DNA of 64,000 nucleotides from Azolla caroliniana (Eukaryota; Plantae; Polypodiophyta): NCBI GenBank assembly GCA_043228905.1, contig JBHGNT010000002.1, positions 22,878,001 to 22,942,000 of the forward strand, read 5' to 3'. Shown piece by piece: positions 25,791 to 39,868 of this stretch (position 1 is its first letter; each line of letters starts with the position of its first letter). The notes under the pieces were generated by a model. It saw only the letters and a program-made list of their open reading frames with translations, ran no database searches and was not told where the DNA came from. The position numbers and the translations under genes were made by a program.

Positions 25791-28427
25791 TTGGTATAAG
25801 ATGCATACACATCCCAACACATTCGCATGCTCCGTGATCTCTACGATATTGTTGGTAATGTCCAGCCCATATGCATCACCTTTGCTCTGCTACGCGGTTG
25901 TTGATATGATTGAGCACCCTTTTGATAATTGATAGAAACCACACGCTTAGGTGATGCTAACTAGCACGACCTATTGTCGGCGCAGAGTGGTCAAGAAAAG
26001 CCCACTTGGTTAGCGCTTTCATCCACTTCTTCTTGTCGTACGTCAGAATTCGTAGAAACGAAATCCCAACCATTGAATGTGATAACACGTTGATCGCCTA
26101 AAAAAGATAGTGGGATGGTTCTATATGGGGATTCAAATGCTAAAATGGCTCTATCTGCAATTGAATACTATCTGGGAATGTACTCCACTTCTGTCCTTAA
26201 AGAGATGGGTCTGCCATTTTTGGCATTTTCAATCGTGACCAAGATGATTGTTCTCTTCATCGATCACTTGAGAATAAACATCTATGTATATTTATTTATG
26301 TTAATGAAAGGATAGATTGTAGTCTGTAATAATAATACTCATTGGTTCTTTTACATATACATGCTCAAGTTGGGCTCATGACTAAGGTGCACATTTGATC
26401 TACTCATGGGATTGACTTATGAGAGGGTAAACAATACGGGTTTGAAAAGCAACTCATCAAGCTCGATCGTGACCATTGCAAGTTTCCCACTTTAGTTTAC
26501 TTATCATGGACGCTAATGCGTGGGCACAAGGAACCAAAAAAACATATATATAAGAACAACATTGTAAGGCTTAGAGTGAACACTTAATAATAATCTCAAG
26601 GCATGCACATGTTGCTCCATTTTTTATATAGATAGTGTTGAGAATTAAGTTCAACATAGTGCAACGTGTGAACACACCTTTTGAGAATCCGTGATTACTC
26701 AAAGGTCAAGAGTCGCACCACTACTCTCTACCCATTAACTATGTGTCATAGCATCATGTTCTATGGCACATAACTAATGAGTTACATATTCCCCATGATT
26801 ATGAGTCTTCACATTCCCCAAGAGAGAGAGTGGTTGTTGTAGAGTTAATGAAGAGAGAGGGTGACTCTATATAAAAGCACCCTCCTCGTACTTCATTCTA
26901 AGTCGGTTGTGACTCCTTATTATGCTACATTTTGTAATTCCTTATTATTGAGCTTTGACTTGTTGACAATAAAGCATCGGCAAGCAAGGATCGAGCCGTT
27001 AATTTATCTCCCTTAATCTCTCTTTGGGAAGGGAGAACAACACCATGTGCAAGTTATAGGGTCAACTCGTAAGGGGCTCAATGTTCCCTTCGCATTGGAC
27101 ATCTTGTGACAATTTGATGGTGGCAACTATCAGAAATGGCAACAATTGTATGTGATTGATTTCGTGCATATATGAGAAGCATTGGCTATGTGGCAACACT
27201 AATGAGACGAGTAGTGAGGGTTCAACAATATTTGGTGGTGGTGATAATTTTGTAGGAAAAGCTTGTTAAGGCAATACCCCCTTTTGCACACCAATGTGGA
27301 CAATAAGGGGGGGTTTCCAACCTTTGCAAGTGGTGATCGATTTGTAGGAAAGATCAAGGAGTCAATGCCCCCTTTGTAAACATATTTGTTAACGGTGACT
27401 ATGGATTTATTTTCTTTGCTGAATTTGGTGATTGCTATATGAATTGTTATAAATGGTATCAACATATGTTGGGTGACTAATAAAATGTATTTCTTTATAT
27501 GTACTCAATTATTTGTATTTACAATGTAGATATCTATGAATGAATCATGGTGTATTTGATTTATATCTTTCATAAATTGTTATTCTTTAATATTTTTGCA
27601 AGGATCTATCCTTACCCATAGTGTGTTTTTATGGGTAGTGATTGATAGATGACAAAAATATCACATGTCTTGATTGTGGTTTGTTGTTATTTATACAATC
27701 ATGATACATACTCACTATTCTCCTTATGTGATGTGGGTGGTTGGAACAACATAGGGGTGAGTTTTAGATCAAGTGACAAACGAGTATCAATATCGTAAGC
27801 AATTATGGAACTAGCAACACGCTTCGTGTGAAATTTCTTAACTCGAATAATAAGAGTATTTGTTAAGGTTCTAATTATCACCTCGAAACGAATAACAAAC
27901 TTTGAAATTATCTTGATATTTGGATTCTTGATTCCTATTGATGAATACTTGGATCCTCCTATTAATGAAGAATGGACTCTCCTATTTAGACAAGGTCATG
28001 GATATGAATACTTTGAACCAAGAAGGGTTTTGTTTAGAATAGAACCATCCATAAGGAACATTCTAATGATTGTATGAGCGATTAAGGATTTAAATATCGA
28101 AGAGGATTGGGGTTTAAACTATTATAAGGAATGTATTAGTTGTAAAGTATCCAATTCATTCAATAGAGAGTAACTCACATTCATATATTATAAAGAATGC
28201 ACACATGTGTCTCGAGGAATATGCGCTCACAAAAACACTACTAACATTATGATATATATTATAGAGATGTAGGAGGCAAAAATGCAAGAAACAATGGCAA
28301 TGTTAGACAAGATAGTCAATGTGCATACTTCAAAAATATTTGAGTGTGGTAAGCATAAGCTTTGATTGATTGATCTAGTGTAGAATGTGGTGCACGTAGA
28401 AGTAAAGGCTTGTCTTCAACGCCATTG

Positions 28428-28670
28428 TTCATTATATGTAACCTCTATTTAGTTATGGAACTAGAAGTGGGTTCGCATAGAAGTTAAACCTTGCCCTTGA
28501 CACCTTGTATGTTTGTTGTGTGTCCCATAATTAGTTATGGATCTAGAAGTGGGTTACACATAATTATTCATTATATGTGTGACCTCTATTTAGTTATGGA
28601 ACTAGAAGTGGGTTCGCATAGAAGTGAAACCTTGCCCTTGACACCTTGTATGTTTGTTGTGTGTCCCATG
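28428..28670. repeat. ~139-bp-period tandem duplication
   Basis: TTCATTATATG..ACCTCTATTTAGTTATGGAACTAGAAGTGGGTTCGCATAGAAG at 28428 and 28567. Confidence 0.85.
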
Positions 28671-29545
28671 ATTAGTAACGAGCTTCAAATGTCGTTGCTT
28701 CCTTGTGTACTCATGATAGTCTTCATTCATACATACGAGAAAATGGCACAATGAATGTTGTTACATATACCTCACTGAATATGCACCAAGACATGGTAGT
28801 TAAAAAAACTCTAAAAATGATAAAGATGCATTAAAACAAACAAAAGAATCATTGAAACAATAATAATACGTCAAAAGGTTAGATATAAGTTGGGAGAGAG
28901 ATCCATTAAAGTTAAAAGGAGTTTCTAACATGAGATAGATCAATCAAAATTATAGACAAATATGAGGATAAAAATAAACCATGCCATAATTGAATCTTGA
29001 ATCATGAAAAGTGAGATTCGTACTTTATATGCTAAGCCAAAATGCAATACTTCACCCTATGATGAGAAGAGACATGCATTCACAAAAACAACACGTAAAG
29101 AACTTGGGACAATTGTTATCCAACATGTTAAGATCATATATTACAACAAGACATGGATACAAATATATATTTGCAAATACTCAAGAACATTGAGTTTTGT
29201 TAATAATCACTAGTACAACACTTCACTAAAGCTCAAAACAACGGCAAGCACTAACATACGGTTCAACAATGATGCTTGTTATGATAACATCTCACTATAA
29301 TTTCAATAACAGACACATACAAGCACGCCACTCAATTAGAACTTCAATAACACTCTTTGTAAGGTTTTAACATATAGTCACAAGCCTACCACCTACATAG
29401 AACTCCTCACTACAATCACACCTGAAGGTTGAACATCAACAAGTATGGCTTCAAGAAGATCCATTTTTATTTTAAGAGGATACAAAGATGAAATAACCAC
29501 ATAGACTTAGTTAGCATCCTTCGAAATTGTCATTTCTTAAATATT

Positions 29546-29830
29546 TTAGCAACGAGAACAAGGTCCATAACAACTACAAGTTTGGCCCAAGAAGCCAGTG
29601 CATTTCCCAGATCGACACTTCGTGCAATTCACACATTGGCTATGAGAACATGAAGTATCAGTTGGGTGACACTTCGTGCAATACTCATTACAATTAGAAT
29701 CACTTCCAAATCCTCGACATACAGATATATGAGGGCCACACACACCCTCCACCTCATCACACATCACTATTAATGCAATCATTATCACCATTAGCATAAG
29801 TGGCACCCTATTCACCTTATTTTTCTTCAT
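29546..29830 (-). CDS. Secreted cysteine-rich defensin-like peptide (94 aa, 14 Cys in the mature part)
   Basis: Basic plus hydrophobic signal peptide ending VEG. Mature region has CxxxC, a GxC gamma-core and CxC, the CSalphabeta signature. Intronless ORF with a TATA box about 50 nt upstream. Confidence 0.8.
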   Translation of the reverse strand: MKKNKVNRVPLMLMVIMIALIVMCDEVEGVCGPHISVCRGFGSDSNCNEYCTKCHPTDTSCSHSQCVNCTKCRSGKCTGFLGQTCSCYGPCSRC

Positions 29831-29876
29831 GATTTCCTCACTCTATCTACATAAATTTGCATGTCTATGTGCCACC

Positions 29877-29887
29877 TCTTATATAGT
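29877..29887 (-). promoter_or_regulatory. TATA box of the defensin-like gene
   Basis: CTATATAAG on the minus strand about 50 bp upstream of the ATG at 29830. Confidence 0.55.
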
Positions 29888-31160
29888 AATAATGAGCTCT
29901 CCACAATCCAATGCATGGATTGTCTTGAATGTGACCAAATCAATTGACATGGTCTTCATCCTTATCAATATTCATGGAGTCCAATGGTTTGGTCTTCATC
30001 CTTATCAATATGCATTAAATATGGTGACGCACTCTTTAACATATGTGTTTCACGTATGTGTTTCCCGAGTGATCAGCTAGAAAAGGTTATAGTCAAAATG
30101 ATTGAGGACTCACCTTTAACGGCTACCACCACGACACATGTTACAAGTGCTTGGCAAAAAACTCGTTGATTAAATTTGTATTTAATGGATACCAGTGTAC
30201 CACCTTGAACACGATATATTTCCGCATTTTCATTTTGGTGCTCATGACTAAACTTTGCATGTGTATTTAGGTGCATTAGTATTTCATCGATATGAATACG
30301 TCAAGAAAACATAAGTGTTTGTGCTACTCTTATATCATAGAACGTTAATTTTTTATTATTATGGCACAACACTTCAGAACACATATCTATATGCCATGTG
30401 TTTAATGATTAGTTTAACAAATTGACAGTCATGTATTTGTGAAGAACCACATGGGTAATATTTATTAAACGAAGTGAGGATAATGTCTTCAATAAATAAT
30501 AACTACATTGGTCCAATTAGCTCAAGCATTGAAGGATCACATCTTGAATAATTGATAAACAGTTATCTTGAGACTTTCCAATTATAATTACATGATAATA
30601 ATCCAATTCTATATCTATTACAACCCAAATTGAACTAATATTTCTTTGGTTGTCCTAAAACTCTTGCCAATTGGCTCTCATGTTGTGTTATAGACGCATC
30701 TCTATGTAGTATGTATAATATCTACCTTAAATTTTCTCCTAAGAGAGACGTAATATGATGTCTCATAAAAAAAATTCCTACTTGATAGTTTGCTAACTCT
30801 AATGTCATGTCAAGCAACATTTTCTTCTAGGGCATGTCATATATTGATCCATATATCACATTCAATTTCCCTAAAAGCTCAGATAACGTTCCAAGTTTCA
30901 TCAAAGATCTCTCACATAAACAATTGTCATTTCATTCTCTTATGTCTTTTTTCACACATGCCACGTTCATAAATCCCTAAAACAATAATATCAATATTTT
31001 CAAGCACAAGCCTTGAAAGGGTAAGATGCATCTTAGCATGCCTCATCCTTTATTTTTTCTTGTTTCTAATGCAAGTTATCATGATTAATAGAAGTTTGTG
31101 CCTTTTATGTTGCCCAATATAAGTTTAGTTGGAAGGTATTGATTTTTGTGGCCTAATGCT

Positions 31161-32070
31161 ATTATCCATGAAATGCATGAACTACCGTAACAACCATTTA
31201 TCCAGGTGTATTGATATCAACTTTAAAGTTTTTTGAACATTTCATACATTTTTTTATATTCATTTGGCAAACATGACACCTAGGTTGCTTATCTTTTTTA
31301 TTTGGGAAATGTGCAACATTTTACATGGAAGAGTGAATGGAATGTACTATTTGAATTCACATGTTGCATTTGGAGTTTGGACAAGACTTCCCATTGATCA
31401 AATTCACATTGAATTGCATTGGTAGCGTGAAGTGCATAAAATTGTATGCAGTCCAAAAGGAACATAATCACTCTAACACCGACGTTAAAGTTTTTAAAAT
31501 GATACGCAATAGTGTCAACTAAAGTATATGAGCCTCAAGGCTCAAATGGGATAATGGTTTTATATTGAGAAATTCATTATTGTGCACACTTGTCTAAACA
31601 TTATGTTAGAGCGTGATTATCCATGAAATGCATGAACTACCGTAACAACCATTTATCCAGGTGTATTGATATCAACTTTAAAGTTTTTTGAACATTTCAT
31701 ACATTTTTTTATATTCATTTGGCAAACATGACACCTAGGTTGCTTATCTTTTTTATTTGGGAAATGTGCAACATTTTACATGGAAGAGTGAATGGAATGT
31801 ACTATTTGAATTCACATGTTGCATTTGGAGTTTGGACAAGACTTCCCATTGATCAAATTCACATTGAATTGCATTGGTAGCGTGAAGTGCATAAAATTGT
31901 ATGCAGTCCAAAAGGAACATAATCACTCTAACACCGACGTTAAAGTTTTTAAAATGATACGCAATAGTGTCAACTAAAGTATATGAGCCTCAAGGCTCAA
32001 ATGGGATAATGGTTTTATATTGAGAAATTCATTATTGTGCACACTTGTCTAAACATTATGTTAGAGCGTG
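31161..32070. repeat. Apparently perfect 455-bp tandem duplication
   Basis: 31161-31615 equals 31616-32070 (ATTATCCATGAAATGCATG...TTAGAGCGTG); no mismatch seen by eye. Confidence 0.9.
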
Positions 32071-34959
32071 GAGGTCTTCCATCTTCCAAAATAATTTATT
32101 GATATGACGATTGACACTTTATCATGGATGATATTTGCATGATCCTTTAAGAAGGAATATGGGCAAGGACCCAAAGGTGCATGAAATGGTTTATTAATTG
32201 ATTCACGGACTTTCTAGAGTGTGGGAAGAGGCAAAAGAATTAAAACCATAGGCTAAATCCCTTGAAACCTTTGATTATCAAGGTTCTTTCAATACAATAG
32301 TGCCAAGCATGGGCTTCGCATCCCAACCAAATCAAAGTCTTGGCTTTCAATTAGTTGATCACTTTCTAATTTCATAGTGATTACATTATGTGTCAAACCT
32401 CATATTAACATAAAATTCCCTAATATTATCTCTAATGACAAGGTCTCACATCAATAGACAAGTTTTGGTAAGCTAACACGTCATGTTTGCATGGGAAAAG
32501 GAGATACAATTGTGTACAATTATATAAACTTCCCAAATTCGTCCAAAGCATGCTTGAGTAACGTTTATGAATAAAAATCAAGACGCATATCTTATCTTTT
32601 CTATAGTATGGTTGCCATTTACTAGAATGAACATTTAAAACTTACCCATGGTACAACATTTACAAATACATTCACACATTGTCTTTGATCTTAAAGTAAT
32701 GCGTATAATTCACACTCTTACATTACTGGCAATGTTTTTTGTGCATGGTGTGGGCATGTACACTACAAAGAAACCTACACATGTTATTCATATTTGGACA
32801 CAAAATAGACAATGAGATCAATCTGCGTGATTCCAACACTTGTACATGTACATTCTCATGCCATGCAAAAGAGTTGTCCCCAATCAAGACATTAAGACAT
32901 GCATCCACATTATTATATTGATATATATAACTTAATTGATCATAAGTATAATGTCATACTTATAAGATATGCATTATTTTCCTTTGCTTTTGTTTTCACA
33001 CTAATGAAAAACATTCTTTACCATATGTAGGTGCATGTGAAAAAGTAGATGATGGATGATACACTATTTTTGTCATCATCTACATGTATAAAAATGAGCT
33101 ATACATCACTTGATTTTCCATTGTGTTAAGCAAATCTAATGTAGATGTTTTGGCATAGATAAAGATTCCGTGATTTATCTTGAGTATATAAAGCCTTTAG
33201 ATTGTGATAAGATGATTCTCGTGTAGAACATGATTGTTTTCAAAGAAAATGAATTGAATATGGTTCATTCCCTAGGAGGGCAAAGACGAATAAATGATGA
33301 CAATGATAGTTGGACATAATATGAAATAATGAGAATTTAGGAACATTTCTTCACCCTTTGGTTTGTTAATAATATTTATTTGGAGATTTGACTCTTATGA
33401 GTTAGGTTTGGTAGGAAAATGAATCATATCATCGATGCTGTTACATTTGGTCAAGTTGTTTGTCCTCACACTTGCATCGATGAAGACATGTGGGATACTT
33501 ATTAGAAAAATCTACCATCATAGTAATGAATAAAAATTGAAGGCAATGGTAATGTAATCATACTGAGAGCTAGAAGATACTTCACATTCTACAAGCCATG
33601 AAAGTTTTAGACAATTCCTATGTTGGAAAAACCTACTTTTACTCGTAACTTTTAAAGGCAAAGAATATACTACTTTTAAATGAAATGGTTACATGTGTTC
33701 CAACTATGTACTTTCTAGAAGCTCATAATGTTAGGCACTCGTGAATGAAGTAAGCATCAAACTGGAAAACAATATTGTGTGCATATTCTTGTGTACTATG
33801 ATGTAGTTGTAACATGAGAGATATATTCTCTTTAAGTCCCTAGTCAAATATAAGATCCTAACCACATGAAAATCAAGACTCTCAACACGATCAACATACC
33901 TTAAAGAAACACGTGTAAGACTACAAATATTATAATTTTTTATTGATAATTAGGAAACAAGTGGTGCTAACGACAAGACTAAAAGCGAGCATTGTCCTAA
34001 TTTGTTAGGTTGGGGCGTTTTGAAGCAGTACAAATTGTGTGCTTCTAATTAGGAAGTGGGCCATGTACTGTAATGGCAAGAATTTGAGGCTAAGTTCAAC
34101 TCAATTGTTTTCAATTAGAACCTTAACTGTGTAACTCGAACTTTTGTGTGGTTTACGTCATGGTGTTCTATTGCAATCCTAAAAAGAATGTAGTAGGATT
34201 TTATAAATGTAGAAAAAGATAAATTGAAGCAAAATTGTGACATTTTAGGTAATATGAGATAGTGGAAACATGGACTAAAACGTTTGTCGAGTAGGTAATG
34301 AAATCACTCGCACAATGTGACAAGATTATCCATTGTTAATGTTGTAAATGAAACAACATCCTTCCATTGTCAAGACTTGAACTTGGGCCCACCCATCCAC
34401 CAATGAGAACAATATCATACACACATGGCATCACATTTTCACACATACACATTCACATACAGAAGACGAAGAAGAAGAAGAAGAGAGGAAGAAATTAAGG
34501 AAGAAGTAATTTATGTCTAGAAATTGTTGGATTAATATAATCTTTTGTTTGTAGATGGATGCTTGATAAATTCCATAATAACATGTAAAGAATTGAATCT
34601 TAGAAAGACAAATATTACATGATGAAACACCATGGACAATGACTTGTCTAGTAAACTCCCCCACCTTTTGTTCCATATCATGTTTAAAGTCATAATGTCC
34701 AAGAAAAGATGAATTAAATCTCAATGGTTATCTTTCTAATAAAGATAGAAAAAGAAAAAGAAAAAAAGATCTAAAACCATCAATGGTTTGATGTGTGAAT
34801 TAATTTTTTTCATGGGTTGCATTCTCATGCTAAAATGAACGTGGTGTGTAAAACATTTCACAAATATTTTCCGACAAGAATGTTCTCTAAATGATGATAT
34901 AATGCAAGTGCAATAAATGCCATTTAGATCAGTCAAGGGTATTGATGGGCAACATGTCG

Positions 34960-35600
34960 TGATTGCCTTGAAGGAGGATATAAAGGAAGAATAGGTGGAA
35001 TATGTATTGTCACACCTTTCAATTGATAAAAGTCTATGTCGGGATGGAATTACAAATGAGTTTCTTAAAGCCTTTGTACAACAACTAAAAGGCTCTCTAA
35101 CAATGATGTTCCAATAAGTGTGGAGTTATAGTAAAATGCGATATTCATGGAAATTTGGTTTTGTTAAACTTAATATTGAAAGTTGCATCTCATTTGTAAA
35201 ATTTTATAATTAATGGAAGGAGTTTTTTTTGGAAAAAAAGAAGAAGAAGAAAGAAAGTTGCATCTCACGTGTTCTTTGCTCAATGGAAATCGATATCATT
35301 GATGGGTGGGTTGTATAAGATTTTTGCTAAAGTAATTGCAAATTGATTTCAAAAGATATTATGGAATTTGGTCCATCCCATGCAATATGGGTTTATATTA
35401 GGAAGGGACATCATTCATGATATTAAAAAAGTGCAAATGAATCCAAACAACAAATGGTAATGATACAACTAAATATATCAAGAAGGCATATGATAATGTA
35501 AGTTGGTCGTTAATTACGCAACTTATGCTTATATAGGTTTTGGTGAAAGGATGTTTCGACTATCTTTGATGTTGGGGTGAGGTGCAATGTTAGACATTAT
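34960..35600 (+). mobile_element. L1-clade LINE RT remnant
   Basis: KS...DGITNEF, WKSISLMGGLYKIFAKVIAN, HPMQYGFILGRDI and KAYDNVSW appear in order, with stops and frameshifts. Confidence 0.8.
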
Positions 35601-36629
35601 GTTAAAGGTGATACCATCGACAATGTCACTTAAACAAGGATGCCCATCGAGGGTTTAAGGTTTACAACATACATGATTGAGCACACTAATGATGTACACT
35701 ACAAGTGGGTTGAAGATAGAGCTTGGTTAACAAATAAGGTTTTGGATACATGGCACATTGCTCGACATGTAAAGTGGTGGCATCAAGTTTTAAATGCAGG
35801 GTGGAAGACTTCCATTTCGTGAAAAGTTGTTTCATTTGCACGTGATGATCGGTGGGTTGCCTTTGGCGATGACTTCAAAACAAAGACATATTTCGAACGA
35901 GACATGTTTTTTTGTACAATGGTTGACGAAGATGCCAAACACAGGTTCATTACATGCACGGTTGCTAAAGTCATTTGGGTGGTTATATCACAAATTTGGG
36001 CATCGATAATAGAAAGTTTTTTTGTCACCTTTTAAGTGGGTTTTCATTGATGATGCTAAAGCTCTACCCACGCCATCATATCAGGTCGTGTTTCAGTACC
36101 TTACGTATCGGGAGATGTGGTTTAATTGGACCATGAGAAATGGGTCATTGTTTGATAGACTTTGTGGGATAACACAACAACTCCGTAGGATGAAAGGGAA
36201 GTTGATTCAAGAATTTTCGCAACTTATGTTGTATGGGGACGTTGTCCCAAGACGAGGTAGAGTTATGTCACCTTCTAGTATTGTGACACTTGAGAGGGTT
36301 TACCTTACCATATTGCTACTAATGAAGTATTGAAGATTAACAATCGACAACGGTTCGGTTCGAGAATGGCAAACTCAAACCGTTTTTTTTTATTTTTGAA
36401 AGTTAAACTGAACCGAACCACGAAACCGTTTAAAGAACATACATGAATGATGATACATTTACAGAAAAAAGAAAAGAAAGAAGAAGAAGAAGAATTTACC
36501 AAAACAAAGAAAAAGGAAGAGGAAGAAGAAGAACCCAAAAGCAGTGAAGTGGAAAAGAACACTGAAAATGTCGATTTGTCTGCTCCCATGGACATGCAGA
36601 AGACTGAGAAATGAAGAAGGGTCATTGTG

Positions 36630-39600
36630 ATGAAGAAGTTTTCACCATTTAAAGATCAGAGCACTCGTGATGAAGAAGTTTTTGTGTATAAAAAGAGGAA
36701 ACGACCATCAGATATGATTTGTAGGATTGTGGAACATGAAAGAAGAAGAAAACCTGCCATTTTCAGTAGAGAACCCCTATTGATCAAAGAACAGAGCATG
36801 TCTGATGAGATGATATTTGTGGATGAGAAGGAGGAAGCATCCTTCTCATCCGAGGAGGTAAAGGAGGTTGTCCCAAATGAAGGAAAAACGTCAAGTCATG
36901 GAGAAGGAGATGGGGATAGTGATCATAAACATGTGATAGGGCTTGTTATGGACAGTGGACAACAGAGTTCTTTTGGTACTTGTGGCGCTCTCATTGCAAT
37001 AACAGCAGAACTTGTAGCTTCATTGCAAGGGGCGACTTTCATGCCTCCTGTGAGTTGCGTGTAAGTTAATCTTCAAACATTACCTAGTTTGAGTAGATTT
37101 CGAAATGCTATTCAACTTGAGTTTTGCATCAAAAGAATTGTATATGTAAGATACGTCCAATTTATGTCCCGTTTCAGTGCCATTTTTAAAATTCACTATG
37201 CTATGCAATGATTTGTGTGAAGGGTTATTGCATGTTTACTAGGATATAATATCAGAGTCTTAATGTTGGAGGTTGAATGCGTATACCATTTAACAGCCTT
37301 ACATTTGTATTGAGAAGTGTCCACCTGTTGAGATATATCGTACAAATACATGAGAGAGAGTATTTATGACTATGTTAGGTGGGTTTGAATCTTAGTAGAT
37401 CATAGCAGCAATGCCCACTGCACTTGGTCACGTATTCAGATGTGCTGTGAAGAATTCATTCCCTGGTCGTTTGGATGTCCATGTAGAGATCCCAAGCAAA
37501 CACTTTTACTTCTTCATGGACGAGTCTTGGAGTACTTCTATCAATGTAGCATATGCATGCATATGTGTGTCTCCTGCAGCTTTAACCTTTGTCTTAAATT
37601 TTGTTTGACATTTCATCTCTGACACTATTGGCTGGTCAAAACCACAATGGCTATGTTTTGAACCTTCTCCTTAGAGTTTATTGGTATATTTTGGCATAAA
37701 CAAGTACCAACTAACTCCTTGACTGTAGTCAATGGAGTGTAGCTGAGAAGCCACATGCTGTAGATGAGCAAGCTATTAGTGTTAATAACCTATTGTATTA
37801 TAGGAACCTTAGTAAGAGAGTGAAAGTTCTTTACTTCAATTATCTTGATATTTGCGTGTTTGGAAGCACATCCAAATATTGCTTAGTTATATATTGTCCC
37901 TTTGTTGTAATTGTGGATTGGTCCTCTGCTATTAATATAATATCTTTCTTGACCATTGCTTCTTTGTGTTGTTGATGTTGGCACATATTCTATTATCTTG
38001 GCAATTGTTAACTGGATATGAATAACTAGTCACCCTTCTGCACTATTCACTTCTCATATTGATTTGTCCTACACTCTCTAATGATGGATCTCTTGCATAA
38101 AGCAGTTGTCTGTGGTTATATCATATGTAGTTTGTGCATTGATCCTAAGATGCAATATAGATTCCCATGAATTACTAATCTAGGTTACAGTTGTTATGTA
38201 TAAGTGGTTGGACTGTAAATATAGTATGGGTAACTTGCATTAGCGTTTTAAGTACATTTATGATCATTGACTACTCTAGATTTACCATGAAGGTTAAATT
38301 GACTGGTTGTATGTCACGACTTTTACTGTTGGTGTAAAATACAGGTACAACCCATTGGTGTATGCCCAAATACCACATGAGCAATATATAAGAAAACATG
38401 GTAAATTGACACAACAATCTTCTAGAAATGATTGATAAATCTATTTGCTTGATTAAATGGAGGATTGAATGAATTCAAATTGCTTGTTGCAGGTGGTCAT
38501 AAAGTTCAGGTTTTGCTTGTTGGAATGAATCCTGGTCCATATGGAATGGCGCAGGTGGTGTTAGAACTCCACATTAGTCTATATTGATGGGATGAATTGA
38601 CCAGAGAACTGCCCATATAGCAGATGTATTTGCTCTCTGGGGGATTGACCAAGGGAATTTGGGGAAATAACAAAACCCCTGGGGCATTTTAGGAAGTGAA
38701 AAACTTAGGGCTATTGGAGGGAAAACTTTATGTTTACTAATCTTCTGGTCCTAGTTTGCAGACTGGTGTGCCCTTTGGAGATAGCAAGATTGTTAAAGAT
38801 TTTCATGGAATTTGTGGAAATGTGAGTGGACATCAAACTGAAGTTAACAAAGTAACTAGTGGTAAATGTAGGCCTATGTATATTCTTTCTTTACCACAGG
38901 TGAATGTAAAAAAATCTTGAATTAATACTTTTTGTATAGGTCAAATCACCTCTCCATTTACATCCAAAACGCCCCATCAATGGGTTTGACTGTCAAAGAT
39001 CCGAGGTAACACGCACATGCAACACATTATACAAAAGCACATGCAACACATTATGATTCTTGTAATCGTGGTATTTTCTTGACAACCTTTTTCTTTTTGT
39101 CTATTTGTATTTGAAAATGGTCCTTACGGATGCATTCATGCTGAACGGATGAGTAGTAATAAACACATTAATGGTTTGATGACTATTATGCTTTTTACAT
39201 GTGGAGAGATGATATTGCAGATAATTAACAGATTTGTTTGTCTATAAAAGTAGTAATGACGAGCCAATGAAACTCCAGATCAGTGGTCGGCGATTGTGGG
39301 GCTGGGCACAAGATCGTTTTGGATCCGCAGCGTCATTTTTCAAACAATTCTGGGTTCAGAACTATTGTCCCCTTGTTTTCATGCAAGCCTCTGGAAAGTA
39401 AGTTTCCACACATCATATGATTACATGATTACATTGGTTTTTTTGTGACAAGACATTATTACATTGTTTCTTCTTCATAGTAATATACACATAAATATTT
39501 CTTCTTAGGAATATATATATATATATATATATAAATAAATTTTTGTTTTCAGTAACAATACACAATCAAACCCACAAATATATTGCTGTTTTGTACTAAC

Positions 39601-39786
39601 ACCACATGCTATCCTGACCATCTCCATTATTAATGGTGTGCCACAGGAACCATACACCTGACAAACTCCATGTCGACGAGCGTAGGAACCTTGAAATTGT
39701 TTGCAACAAAGCACTTACACAGACTATTTCCATTTTACAACCTATTTTTGTGGTTGGGATTGGTTAGTTGTGCAAAAAACTCCACG

Positions 39787-39868
<82 letters not shown>

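Noticed and set aside
25194-25932. Three long overlapping ORFs rich in M/Y/V/C
   Set aside because: Translation artefacts of the compound microsatellite.
26640-28200. Possible LTR or Gypsy remnant (TATATAAAAG 26867, AATAAAG 26968, TGGTATCA 27454)
   Set aside because: No paired LTR, TG...CA ends or readable pol motifs could be confirmed by eye.
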